64,000 nt of DNA from an uncultured Planctomycetota bacterium (GCA_963719315.1 CAVRBU010000002.1:1184001-1248000), one strand, 5' to 3'. Positions 43,482 through 54,286 are shown, counted from the first letter of the stretch. Numbers and translations are program-made. Notes: generated by a model not told the origin, from the letters alone.

Positions 43482-44012
43482 ATGTCACTTTCTGCATTTA
43501 ACGTCGGCAACCTTGGCATCTCGTCCGCCCTTCAGCTTACCCTCTGGCCTTCTCGTCCCAGGCTTCGGGAACTGACGGCAGAAGCAACTACCGCTTTAGG
43601 CACTGAGGAACAGGCGATCGGGCTTCGCGCTCTCGGGCATGATTTCGTACGGTATCTTCAATTTGAGTCCGCGGCGATTGAAAGCACGCACTATGCGGGG
43701 CTCTCCGGATTCCAAATTACACTTTCGGAGTTGAGCGAGTGCACAGACTCTGGACGACGACTTGCGAAACGCTCTGTTCGAATTCTCACCGACAAGCGTA
43801 ATGGCCCGATCCTGCGCGGCTTCGGTGAAAGTGACGACCGGCAGGAAATAACAGCCGTGTTTTCGCATCTTTCAGTCGAAGGTTGGGAGCGACTCGTTGT
43901 CAAACTCGGCTGGAATCCAAATGATCTAAGTCAAGCCAACGCACCCGGGATCGTGTTCTACCCTTCCGCCGATCCAGATATGACCCTTCTCGGTCCTCCG
44001 TATTGGGCGTAG
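43482..44012 (+). CDS. Hypothetical protein
   Basis: 176-aa ORF with no recognised motif. Confidence 0.35.
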   Translation: MSLSAFNVGNLGISSALQLTLWPSRPRLRELTAEATTALGTEEQAIGLRALGHDFVRYLQFESAAIESTHYAGLSGFQITLSELSECTDSGRRLAKRSVRILTDKRNGPILRGFGESDDRQEITAVFSHLSVEGWERLVVKLGWNPNDLSQANAPGIVFYPSADPDMTLLGPPYWA

Positions 44013-44114
44013 ATATTCAGCGACGCCGCTGTCGGACAGCTAGCCGCAGACATTGCTACCGATCGCAGCGTTGGGATGTAAGTGACGTTGGCTCGCAGAA
44101 GGGTGGTAGTGCCA

Positions 44115-44164
44115 TAAACTCGATCGTCAGTGGGACGAGCCGTTAATCGACCGTTTCTGAAACG
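44115..44164 (+). repeat. Element copy H (core only), after a degenerate PEP-CTERM-like tail
   Basis: taaactcg..gtggga-cgagccgttaatcgaccgtttctgaaacg, preceded by ..VTLARRRVVVP*. Confidence 0.65.
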
Positions 44165-44418
44165 ACCGACCATTCTCAACTACTCATCCGTTTGATGGCA
44201 TAGCTGGGGCGTGCCGAGAACTCGTCTCCGCGGTCGGTCTGACACTCGGCGGTCATTTTGACCGCAAAAGCACGCCGGCAAACCAACGATCTCAAGTCTC
44301 ATCGGCGGGTCGTTGCTACAATGGCGACCGTTACGAGCCTGGATGGCTCCAGGCCCAGCCTATATCGGAAATGTCGGTCTACCTATAAGCTATCGCAGTT
44401 CCAGAGCGGGAGTGAACG

Positions 44419-45453
44419 ATGCACAGAGCGACGATCGCGGTGGCAGCTTTTCTCCTGTTTGCGCCCTCTTCCTTGGCCGTGGAATACCAGCAAGGTTTGG
44501 ACGTTTCCCATTTTCAGGGAAACATCGACTGGAACGCAGTTCGCAACGCCGGCATTAAGTTCACATTTGCCAAGGCCACGGAAGGCGTCGACTTCGTCGA
44601 CGTGAACTTCCATCAATACATGACGGGCGCAATTGCAGCTGGCGTGCCGATCGGCCCGTATCACTTTGGCCGCCTAAATAGCGGCGAGACGATCCCGACC
44701 GATGCCATCGATGAAGCGAATGATTTCGTAGACGCGATCGAGCAATACTACGATAGCGCGGGAATGGTGTTGCGACCCGTGCTGGACTACGAGCAGTTGC
44801 CCAACGACCCCGTCTCGCCCAGCGTGCAGGCCTACGTTTCAAAATGGATCCGCGACTTCAGCGGTCGCGTTCAGGAGCGGTTGGGCTTCCCACCGATCAT
44901 TTACACGTGCTGCGGAATTAACACTGCCACTTTTTTAGAACCGGACATCGCCCAACACGACTTATGGGTCAGGAAAATCACCGGAGGCAATACATTTGAT
45001 CCCGACTCACCGCCGACCGCGAGCGATATGGGGATTTGGAGTGACTGGACGTTTTGGCAGTGGAGCGCCACCGGCAATGTCGCCGGCATCAGTCCAGTTG
45101 ATCGGGATGTATTCGAAGGCACGATGGAGCAATTGGCCCAACACATTCCTACCTACCACGCGGGAGACTTCAATCGCAGCGGCCATGTGGACGCGGCCGA
45201 CTACGTACAATGGCGCAACACTATCGGGCAGGCCGTCAACATGGGGACCGCGGCAGATGGCAACTTGAACGGAATCGTCGATCTCGATGACTATCGAGTT
45301 TGGAGGGCTAATTTTGGGGCCGCTTATAATGTCGGACTTGGTAATACGGTCAGTTCCACCTCCACAGTTCCAGAGACAGAGGGACGTTTGATGGTCATGT
45401 TAGCCTTTGTCGGCGCGATGGCCGTTTATCGCACTCGTCGTCGACCCCTCTAA
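44419..45453 (+). CDS. GH25 muramidase (lysozyme) with dockerin-like domain and PEP-CTERM-like anchor
   Basis: GLDVSHFQGNIDW, KATEG, PVLDYE, WTFWQWS and VDRDVF motifs; GDFN..VDAADY; VPET-TM-RTRRR. Confidence 0.92.
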   Translation: MHRATIAVAAFLLFAPSSLAVEYQQGLDVSHFQGNIDWNAVRNAGIKFTFAKATEGVDFVDVNFHQYMTGAIAAGVPIGPYHFGRLNSGETIPTDAIDEANDFVDAIEQYYDSAGMVLRPVLDYEQLPNDPVSPSVQAYVSKWIRDFSGRVQERLGFPPIIYTCCGINTATFLEPDIAQHDLWVRKITGGNTFDPDSPPTASDMGIWSDWTFWQWSATGNVAGISPVDRDVFEGTMEQLAQHIPTYHAGDFNRSGHVDAADYVQWRNTIGQAVNMGTAADGNLNGIVDLDDYRVWRANFGAAYNVGLGNTVSSTSTVPETEGRLMVMLAFVGAMAVYRTRRRPL

Positions 45454-45607
45454 ACTCCAAACATCAATTCTTGCGCCCGAATATGGACGCATCGGCTATT
45501 GGCGGTTCGCTCAATGGACCACCGCCTGGCGAGCCTGCTTCGTCCGACGATGGATTGGCAAGCATGTCGGCATGAATTGTGTCACCAACGCATCAACGGT
45601 GTTATGC

Positions 45608-45819
45608 TGAGACACGCCAAGTATCGACCGTTTAGACACGGCCGGAAAGGTGACGATTCCGCCAACTCCGGAGCCGGTGACTGACCCTTTCGCGCGGTGT
45701 CCCGAAACTCATCGATCCGGCGATCTTTGACACAGATTTTCCGTATCGGGAACTCATACGTTATCTCAGGCTGGGACACGGGGCAGTTCTGAGCCCTGAA
45801 ATGCCTCGGCAAAAGAACG
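45608..45819 (+). repeat. Element copy E
   Basis: tgaga-cacgccaagtatcgaccgtttagacacg ... gacacagattttccgtatcgggaactcatacgttatctcagg..aaaagaacg. Confidence 0.85.
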
Positions 45820-46223
45820 TTTCTGATTCCGATTTCAAATCCAGGCGCCTCGACTCATTTCGGAAATCAGCCCTTCGGCAACCATGTTGAGGGGCTTTCT
45901 CATTGTGGGATAAAGAGTTACGTCATCAATTTGAAGTTCAATCACGCGAAGTACAATCGGCAATCCCCAGACAATCCTGCGGTAAACTATGACATTGCAT
46001 GGACTTACCTAGTTCAAACGCGCGAGCCGTGATTTCGAAAGTACGCCCGTGTGCTGCGTATAAATAGCGGAGTAATCTCTTGCGAGAGGGGCTGGTAAGC
46101 TTGGTGACAATTTCCCGTGCTGTCTGCGGTGGCAATGCCATCACCGACAATTGAGAGCTAGCCAGTTGACTTGCTTCTACAATTCATCAGAAGGAGTACG
46201 AACCCCGGCGCGGAGGGATTTCA

Positions 46224-47387
46224 ATGACCACTCTGCTGACTCGCCAATGCCAATGTCCCAACTGCCAGCAACCGAGGGACCATCCCGACAAGCCGCTGCA
46301 CCACCGGCTTAATGTATTACTCTCTTTCCTGAACGCACAGCAACGCCGCTGGGTCGCAGCACTTGTGTCAGGGTGTCTCGGTTCAGGAGGCGCAAAACTT
46401 ACGTCGCAAATAACCGGGCTGCCTTCCGATGTCATTCTTCAGGGGCAACATGACCTTGATATGGATTTGAAGGGCTATGGGGCTGATTGCGTTCACGGTC
46501 ATCGCCACATCCGCCACCCTGGCGGAGGACGACCACGAAGACTGACGGCAGATCAGGCGAACCGCTTGAAGGAACTGCTTTCACAGGGCGCAACTGCACA
46601 TGGGTGGGTGAATGATCTTTGGACACTGCGGCGAGTTCGTGAGTTAGTTCAGGAGAAACTGGGAGAACACGTATCTACCCCTGCCTTGCGACGCGCATTG
46701 AAGGAACAACTTGGCTGGTCACTCCAGAAACCCGTACAGCAGTTACGGGACCATGACGACGAGGAAGTCGAAAGGTGGAAGAAGGACGAGTTCTCCCGTA
46801 TCAAACGCCAGGCATGTCGTCGCCACGCTCATCTCGTATTCATAGATGAATCTGGTTTCATGCTCGCGCCGACTTGTCGTCGTACCTACGCGCCGCGAGG
46901 GAGCGGGCCAGTGATCAAAGTCACCGATCCACATGCAAAGATCTCTGTAATGGCTGCGATTGTCGTAAGCCCACAGTATCACAATGCAAGGCTTGTTTAC
47001 CAGTTGTCCGATGATTACGCCAATTTCAACGGGGCGGACACGTCGGCGTTTCTCCGATTTCTATCCGATGAAGTCAACAACCGGATTGTCGTGATTTGGG
47101 ATGCTGTTCGCATCCACTACGCTGAACCGGTGAAGAAATTCCTCACGGGTCGTAAAACACTTGTCCTGGAGCAGTTTCCACCTAATGCGTCAGGGCTAAA
47201 TCCAGTTGATAACGTTTGGTCATATCTTAAGTACGGACGCCTGTCGAACTACGCTCCGTTCGACCTGCGCCAATTGCGAAAGACCCTTACGGCTGAATTG
47301 CGTCGATTAAGAAAGCATCCCGATCTTCTCTTCTCATTCATAAAGCGGACCGGCTTGATGCTGACCGGGAAACTGCGAGAGCCATAA
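46224..47387 (+). CDS. IS630-family transposase with an ISAzo13-like Cys/His-rich N-terminal domain
   Basis: CQCPNC..QQRRW..GSGG..ITGL..IRHPGGGRP, then WTL HTH, FIDESGF, IWD and LNPVDNVW. Confidence 0.8.
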   Translation: MTTLLTRQCQCPNCQQPRDHPDKPLHHRLNVLLSFLNAQQRRWVAALVSGCLGSGGAKLTSQITGLPSDVILQGQHDLDMDLKGYGADCVHGHRHIRHPGGGRPRRLTADQANRLKELLSQGATAHGWVNDLWTLRRVRELVQEKLGEHVSTPALRRALKEQLGWSLQKPVQQLRDHDDEEVERWKKDEFSRIKRQACRRHAHLVFIDESGFMLAPTCRRTYAPRGSGPVIKVTDPHAKISVMAAIVVSPQYHNARLVYQLSDDYANFNGADTSAFLRFLSDEVNNRIVVIWDAVRIHYAEPVKKFLTGRKTLVLEQFPPNASGLNPVDNVWSYLKYGRLSNYAPFDLRQLRKTLTAELRRLRKHPDLLFSFIKRTGLMLTGKLREP

Positions 47388-47401
47388 CGGCGAAAGCGAG
47401 A

Positions 47402-48028
47402 TTGCCAGCCTTGACAAGGCGTTCGATGCGTGAGGGGGAACGAATGGGTTCAACGATCTTGGACCGAGCGTGGAAAAGGTGTGCGAACATCGTCTTCATT
47501 GATGAAGCGGGCTTTATGCTGGCCCCATTGCTACGTCGCACATGGGCACCACGCGGGCATACCCCGGTCATTAAAATCACCAGCCCCCATGAGCGCATCT
47601 CGGTCATTGCGGCAATATCGATCAGCCCGAGACACAAGAGTTTTCAGTTTCACTTTCATCTGTCGGAGGACAACGCCAATTTTCATGCAGACTTAGTTGC
47701 ACAATTTATCGAGGAGGTACGTCGAAAACTTCATGGCCCGATGACAGTCTTGTGGGATACGATCCGTATTCATCTTGGAAAACCTGTAAGTGATTATCTC
47801 GTAAGGCATCGTAGGATAGTCGTTGAGGCGTTCCCGCCTTACGCCCCAGAATTGAACCCTGTTGACTACGTGTGGTCCTACGTTAAGTATGGTCGATTGG
47901 CGAATTACTGCCCCAGAAGTCTTTCCGAATTGCGCAAGCGTATCACCACTGAATTTCGGCGGTTGCAAAAGCGATCGAAACTAATAGAGGCGCTCTTTAG
48001 ACGCGCGGGGCTTCCGCTCGACCCCTAA
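47402..48028 (+). CDS. Stand-alone IS630 DDE catalytic domain
   Basis: FIDEAGF, RRTWAPRG, LWD..IH and PPYAPELNPVDYVW; paralog of the preceding gene's C-half, without the HTH. Confidence 0.8.
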   Translation: MPALTRRSMREGERMGSTILDRAWKRCANIVFIDEAGFMLAPLLRRTWAPRGHTPVIKITSPHERISVIAAISISPRHKSFQFHFHLSEDNANFHADLVAQFIEEVRRKLHGPMTVLWDTIRIHLGKPVSDYLVRHRRIVVEAFPPYAPELNPVDYVWSYVKYGRLANYCPRSLSELRKRITTEFRRLQKRSKLIEALFRRAGLPLDP

Positions 48029-48065
48029 CCCCGATTACCGCCGACGGGCAGTCGCCAGGTAAGAG

Positions 48066-48770
48066 ATGAAACGCAGGTACTTAGCATTCGACCTTGAGAC
48101 TGCGAAGGTACAGTCACCCAATATGCGCGATTGGAAGACAGATCGCCCGCTGGGGATTTCGTGTGCCGCGACTTTGCTGGAAGATGCAAGCGAGCCGCTT
48201 CTTTGGCATGGCGGTAAAATTGGTCATCCCGCAATCCAAATGAGTCGGCAGAAAGCGGTCGCATTGGTCGAATACTTGACGACCAAGGTTGCGAGTGGCT
48301 ACACCATTGTTAGTTGGAACGGCGTTGGATTTGATTTTGACATTCTGGCAGAAGAATCAGGATTACTTGACGAATGCGGGATACTGGCACGCGACCATGT
48401 GGACATGATGTTTCATGTCCTTTGCAAGCTTGGATATGGTGTCGGACTCGATTCTGCGGCAAAGGGAATGGGCCTATCAGGAAAGGGAGTGGGACTTTCT
48501 GGGGCAATGATGCCGCGACTCTGGGCCAAAAAGAAATGGCAAGAAGTGTTTGACTACGTGGCCCAAGACGTGTGGATTACGCTCGAACTGGCGATGGCGT
48601 GCGAAGCGAAAAGGCGTTTTCAGTGGGTAACACGTTTCGGCAGGGTGCGCGAAATGTCATTGCGGAAAGGATGGTTGCCAGTTAGTTCGGCTGCAAAGCT
48701 GCCGAAACCCAACAGGGCATGGATGAGTCCCCAATGGTCGCGGAAAGCGTTCATCGCGTGGATTCCTTGA
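48066..48770 (+). CDS. DEDD (DnaQ/RNase H-like) 3'-5' exonuclease-family protein
   Basis: AFDLET, SWNGVGFDF, HVDMM, GLDSAAK and DYVAQDV exonuclease I/II/III-like motifs. Confidence 0.8.
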   Translation: MKRRYLAFDLETAKVQSPNMRDWKTDRPLGISCAATLLEDASEPLLWHGGKIGHPAIQMSRQKAVALVEYLTTKVASGYTIVSWNGVGFDFDILAEESGLLDECGILARDHVDMMFHVLCKLGYGVGLDSAAKGMGLSGKGVGLSGAMMPRLWAKKKWQEVFDYVAQDVWITLELAMACEAKRRFQWVTRFGRVREMSLRKGWLPVSSAAKLPKPNRAWMSPQWSRKAFIAWIP

Positions 48771-48945
48771 ACCGGCCCAATAATATCTACGCCGCTATCA
48801 CCAACCGCTTTACCTCGTCATCCCATGCCTCGACGCCCTGGACGAAAAGTTCTAACGGTGTCTTGTCGCCTCGATCTTGTCAAAATACCAAAACGGCCGT
48901 TGGAGCGCTGGTAGAAATGACTGCGGAAGTGAACCGTAGGAAGCT

Positions 48946-49635
48946 TCAACGCATCACGCGATATGCTTCGTCTGCACGTCGTTTACGCAGCGTGCCCCCC
49001 GCCGCCAGAAGGCCGCTCATCATCAAAGAGACCGTGGCAGGTTCGGGAACATTCAGGGACGTGGAACCGTTCAGGGTTACGAAGTCACCATCAGTAAGAC
49101 TGAAAGCGATCTTCAATTGAATAGTCGGGTCCACCAGGTTTGGCCCCGAGTCATCAACCTGTGATAAGGGACACGTCGCAGTTAGACCCGGAGCACCTGT
49201 CAGATCGCATCCGTCATCGTATTGGCCGACGATCGCTCCATCGACAGTAACTGTGTTAATGAATGGCAACCCAGTCAACGACGCATGTCCGTCGAGATTG
49301 GCATCCGTGATCGTCGCGATGCTGGTGCCAACGAAGGAAAGGTACGGCCCGCCCAGGTAGACTTGCTGAATCGTGATCTCCACCGTCGGGTCACCGCCGA
49401 TGGATAGGCGGTAATTGATACCCGGATCCGCATCAGTGGTCGCGTCAAAAGTAAACGTAAAAAGTGCGTTGCTGAGAGACCCGCTGATCGAGTAACCTTG
49501 CGCGATGGACGACACAACAAAACTGTTGCTATAGTCGACGCCATCAATAACAGCGGTGATGCTGGGTGCGGCCTGGCAGACTCCGCCGTACACACTGCAA
49601 ATCGCTAAACCGAGGAGAGCGAAACTCCGCCACAT
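48946..49635 (-). CDS. PEP-CTERM protein
   Basis: Signal peptide; VPEPATV-TM-RKRR. Confidence 0.88.
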   Translation of the reverse strand: MWRSFALLGLAICSVYGGVCQAAPSITAVIDGVDYSNSFVVSSIAQGYSISGSLSNALFTFTFDATTDADPGINYRLSIGGDPTVEITIQQVYLGGPYLSFVGTSIATITDANLDGHASLTGLPFINTVTVDGAIVGQYDDGCDLTGAPGLTATCPLSQVDDSGPNLVDPTIQLKIAFSLTDGDFVTLNGSTSLNVPEPATVSLMMSGLLAAGGTLRKRRADEAYRVMR

Positions 49636-50090
49636 AGAACAATCCCCCTTTATCCAGCGTCGGGTGTAGTATACACGAAATCGTTTTCTGTGCTCCCATT
49701 GCGTAGAAAGAAATGCGGTTAAAAAGGGGTGCCGGTTGGTCCAACAGGATGGTTAATCTGCAGGTGATTGGCTGGCTAAGAGCAGTGACGACCAACGCGT
49801 CAAATTGGCTCGGCAATCGACTCTAAGGCACTCAGCCAGCGACGGAAGTAGCCCAGAAAAAGTTCAAAAGCCCAGTCACCTCGGCTTTTCGACTGTAGAG
49901 GTCGTTCGTCGCCGAGAGACCCCTTGGCTCAAAAGCAACCCGCCGTGGCTCTCAAATCCACCTCGAATTGAGTAATTGCTCCGTGGCAGCGGGACATATT
50001 GGGGTTGTAATCCGACTTGCTCATTCACGCGACCGCATCGGGGTGGCGTCGGACGATTTGCTCCATTCGTTTTCGAAACGTTGTGTCTCA

Positions 50091-50139
50091 TAAACTCGTC
50101 AGCCGCAAGACATGCCAACAACTCACCGTTTTAGAAACG
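50091..50139 (+). repeat. Element copy G (core), orphan
   Basis: taaactcgtcagccgcaaga-catgccaacaactcaccgttttagaaacg. Confidence 0.75.
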
Positions 50140-50522
50140 AATTCTGCCGCCGATGTTTGTTCTGGCCAACCTGCTTCGGTGGCCGGTACCGCACGAATTC
50201 GACGGTCCTTCAAACTCCCGTTGGTCGCATCGCCCGTCCACACGAGTGAATCGTCGTTCGGGGCACCAATCAATTCCACCGACGGCAATTCGCGGCAGCG
50301 AATCGTGCAGTCAATCTGATGACGTTCGGCGACCTTCAAAGCAATGTGTTCCTGACCAAGGTCGAACCGTCAGGGAGCACGAACTTGCTCCGCGTCCAAT
50401 GTCACGCCCTGGTATGACGCTTCTATAAGAATAAATCCCTCTTCTGGTGGGAGTCGGCTTGGATTTGCTTTGGGGATAAGGATGGGAACAACGCCCTCTT
50501 TTCCCGATGAAGGAGAATCCAA

Positions 50523-52106
50523 ATGGCCTCAATGCTCGGTTCCAATCGTCGGCGGCACGGTACGCCGAAGTCACGTCCGCGGCGGCAATCGCTCCAAAAA
50601 CCCAATGGCGTCATTGGTCCCCGCGTCCAGAAGGTGGGCGGTGAGCGTTTTGCGATCGTGTGTGTTGATCCGGCCAAACACCGATCCGAGTGGATGATGG
50701 CCGATTACTTCGGGAACCTGTTCATCGAACCTCAGACGCTCCAGCATCAAGCGCCCTGTTTCAAGTTGGCCATGGAGCAGATTCGCCAAGCCCAACAGGA
50801 GCATCACATTCAAGACACGATTGTCGTCGTGGAACGAACGGGCAACTACTACCTGCCTGTGAAACGTGCATTCGCCCAAGCTGGATTCGATACGCGGGTA
50901 GTCCATCCTTTTGCGACGAAACAGTATCGCATGCCAGCGGATCCGGGCAACAAGACCGACGAAACGGACCTGTATGCGCAACACCGAGCGGCTGTGGCCG
51001 GATTCGGTCTCTGTGAGTTCGAGCTGGAGCCACCCTATCGCCAGCTGCAGCTGAGGGCCCGGCATCGTCGCAACCTGGTCGAAAAGTCAGCGGCGCTCGC
51101 TTGCCAGATCCGCGATCACCTCCATCTGGCAATGCCCGGCTACGCCGACCTGTTCGACCGCCTCTTCGATCGCCTCACGCCCTTGGCCATTGCGCGCCGA
51201 GGTGACTCGCCCGCCATGTTGCTCCAGTTGGCGCACGGCGGTCTACGTCAGTATCTGCAGGACAACAAGATTCGCTACCAGACGCGAACAATCGAGCGAG
51301 TTCTGACCTGGGCCGCGGAGGCGACGAAGCTCCACATCCAAGACGGCCCTTTGCACCATGCGATCTGGACCGACCTCTACGAGCTTTATCAGCATTTTCG
51401 CGGCAAAATCTTGGCCTTGGAGCAACGGCTTGCTGGTGATCTTACGCGGACGCCCTATGTTCGTTTATTGGCCATCCCGGGCATCAATGTGGTTTCGGCA
51501 GCCGAGTTGGCTGGCGAAATGGGCCCGATCAATCGCTACGCGAATGCCAACGCCATCACCGGTCGCAGCGGCCTTTATCCCTCGCGTCATCAAAGCGATC
51601 AAACGGACAATGCCAGTGGTCCAATCATCCGCCAGGCCAATCGCCGATTGCGGTGCGTGCTGATGCGGATCGCCGACTGCTTGGCCTGCCACTGTAGTTA
51701 CTACCGTGGCCAAGCCGAACTGGATCAATCTCGCGGCATTGATAAGCGCGCCAGCCGCGTCAAGATCGCCAAACGCTTCAGCCGCCTGGTGCTGGCGTGT
51801 GTGGCTGGAGACCAGCCGATGAGGCACCCCTGTTTCCAAGAGCCGGATTCGATTCTGGAGAAACTGCGGCATTTTCATCACGACCATGAGACGCCGCTGG
51901 AATGCGTGATGGAAGACTTGCACGCCGCCGTCTCCCAGCTGCCGTACAATACGCGTTGCCACGAGGCGCAAGTAGTCGCCGCGGTCTTGGAGCAACAGAC
52001 CAAGCGTCGTCGAGGCGCCATCGCCATTGGCGAGCTGATGCCCGCCGTGCTTGCTCGATTAGGAGTCCACACAACCGAATCCAAGGAGACCAGGGATCGG
52101 CCCTGA
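50523..52106 (+). CDS. IS110-family DEDD recombinase/transposase
   Basis: VCVDPAK, VVERTG and KTDETD (DEDD); LLAIPGI; GLYPSRHQS catalytic serine region. Confidence 0.92.
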   Translation: MASMLGSNRRRHGTPKSRPRRQSLQKPNGVIGPRVQKVGGERFAIVCVDPAKHRSEWMMADYFGNLFIEPQTLQHQAPCFKLAMEQIRQAQQEHHIQDTIVVVERTGNYYLPVKRAFAQAGFDTRVVHPFATKQYRMPADPGNKTDETDLYAQHRAAVAGFGLCEFELEPPYRQLQLRARHRRNLVEKSAALACQIRDHLHLAMPGYADLFDRLFDRLTPLAIARRGDSPAMLLQLAHGGLRQYLQDNKIRYQTRTIERVLTWAAEATKLHIQDGPLHHAIWTDLYELYQHFRGKILALEQRLAGDLTRTPYVRLLAIPGINVVSAAELAGEMGPINRYANANAITGRSGLYPSRHQSDQTDNASGPIIRQANRRLRCVLMRIADCLACHCSYYRGQAELDQSRGIDKRASRVKIAKRFSRLVLACVAGDQPMRHPCFQEPDSILEKLRHFHHDHETPLECVMEDLHAAVSQLPYNTRCHEAQVVAAVLEQQTKRRRGAIAIGELMPAVLARLGVHTTESKETRDRP

Positions 52107-52113
52107 ACTCGTG

Positions 52114-52273
52114 TGAGGATTGACACCGCCTTCACGCCCTATGGCATTCCTGCCTTTAATGTGCATGGCGCTCTGTCGGATCACCACCGCCTGATACGGC
52201 AGTTTGGGGCCGTCCCTCTTATGGATTACCTGTACGGCGAAACGTGATCACCAAGCGACAGAGATGATCCTCA
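52114..52273 (+). ncRNA. Candidate IS110 bridge/seek RNA in the downstream non-coding end
   Basis: Nested stems TGAGGAT/ATCCTCA, CGCC/GGCG, CTCTGTCG/CGACAGAG and GATCAC/GTGATC. Confidence 0.5.
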
Positions 52274-53263
52274 TCGAACCAAGACTGATTCTTCCGACTC
52301 CTTTTAAAAAGCCACCAGTTGGTGGTGCGCATGAAGTCTGCACATAAATAAATTCTCACTCCCTACTTGAAATCCCCATGGCAGTCACATTTGTCGTTTG
52401 GGCAGAGCCAGTCTGGTGCTCGGATGCGCACGATGCGGGCGCCGTCAATTTGATACCGTCGCTGCAGAGGTCTTCCTGACCTCCTTCAATTCGGGCTGAC
52501 CGTTCGTGAGAGCGGATTGTCCAGCCGCTGTCGTTTCGAGGAACCACAAACTGAACGAGGTCGATTTCACCGACCGAAGTCATTTTGCATGTCCAACCAT
52601 CACCCCACTCCCGTCTTTGTCCCAAGCAAGGGAAGCCAGTCCTCGACGGCGCTGCACGAAGGGGGCATGCCGGCCGGGACGCTGGCCGCCCTCGTGGACG
52701 CACGCTCTTTCTTGCGGAGTCCGCCGAAGGTCTCTGTCCAGCGATGTCAAGAAGCTCCCCAGATTGATGGCAGCCTGGCACTTTGAAATCCGACACGAGT
52801 TTAGAAACAATGCTACCCGAACAGCGAGTGGTATCGGTTTTTGCCACAAAGAGTGCCGTCTAAGCAATCTTTTTGATGCGTTCGGTCGTGGGGGCGAATT
52901 CGGACAACGTCGGGCAGTCCAGAATCCAAGTCCCCATGGTTTGTATTCAAAGTCATTGACTGGGTCGATCCGCCGGTCAATACTAAGGCAACGTTGTCCA
53001 TAACGGCGGTGTACGCCTTTCACGCGACCTGATTGGAGTTCCAATACTTTGCGCGAGGCCCAACAAAGGGTCGATCCGCACGCACGACGACTTACCTCTA
53101 CTTAAATTTGCCAGAAGGCGTTGGCGCCTTCTTCCACGTTTCGGTACCTGTAACCGAGAGCTGGGAGAAAGTGCTGACGCTTTTTTTTGCGCCAGAATAG
53201 ATCCTCTCTTTAATCCCTCCGCTGACGACCACGTAAGGTCAAAAATCCTAAAGGACGAACGTA

Positions 53264-54161
53264 ATGAGATATCTCTTAAACTTCCTCATCATCGCTTTCG
53301 CGCTCATGACCACGTGTGTATCTCAAACGCTGGCGAGTACCTATTCGGCCTTAGTGTCATCGGGAAATGGAGCGATCGACTTCGATGCTGATGTCGGCGC
53401 TGGGCACTTATTTGCCCTTGCAGCCGGCAAAGTTGAGCCAACCCCCGCAAGATTCAATATTTCAGGAATCGGTTTCGCGTCTGCGGGCTTTGGCAGCGTC
53501 GGCGCCTTTGCGGAGGCCACGACTCCGGGTGCGCCCGGTCTCGCGAGCGACATGCAAATGCGGTCGATAGCCAGTGCCACTTACGATGACATCGCCATTA
53601 GCGCCTCCCGATTTAACAGCAGCGTCCGTTCACGGAACCGTCCAGTTTCACGTCGACGGTATTTTGTTCGTTACAGCAGAACCCGGTGGTAGTGCAGATG
53701 CATCAGTCAAAGTCTCTATACGTATTGGAAGCGCGACCCAGATCGGTTTTCTCGGAACGAATAGCAATGGCACTGTTACTATGCGCAGTGCCGAAGGTCT
53801 GTTTAATGGGCCTACAGATGATCAAATTGAGCGGGGAATTAACCTCAACGTGGAGGGCGATTTCGACGTCGGAGTAAACTCGGTGAGCATGTCGATCGAA
53901 GTCGGCGCACACGCCAATCAAAACGGCGCTCAGCCTGGGATTGCAGCCTTAGCGGTTAGCACATTTCACCACACCTTAAGTTTTGCCAGTGACCGACCTG
54001 TGTTCGACCTACCCGAGGGCTGGACGGTCAACTCGTTCGACGCCAACATTGTCGACAACCGTTGGATTGGCACAACTGTTCCCGAACCCTCGTCGTTCGT
54101 CGTGACCACGCTGGGCGCGTTGAGCATCTGCGCCCTGCGAAGAAAGTTTCGCCGGGCCTAA
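53264..54161 (+). CDS. PEP-CTERM protein (frameshift near 53605)
   Basis: Signal peptide in ORF 53264; VFDLPEGWTVNS..VPEPSS-TM-RRK in ORF 53574. Confidence 0.85.
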
Positions 54162-54286
54162 TCGCTGCGTCGTAATGAAGCTACCCACCCAAGTCCCGTC
54201 CAACTCTTTGATCTGGCGGGGCTTTCAGCTTCGCAGTCCCCTCGTTCGGGCATCCCGCATTCTCGTTTGCCATACTTTTTCTGATT

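Noticed and set aside
52790..52880. TTTAGAAACA and similar half-sites as another element copy
   Set aside because: Only isolated half-sites match; the 29-bp core and flanking geometry are missing.
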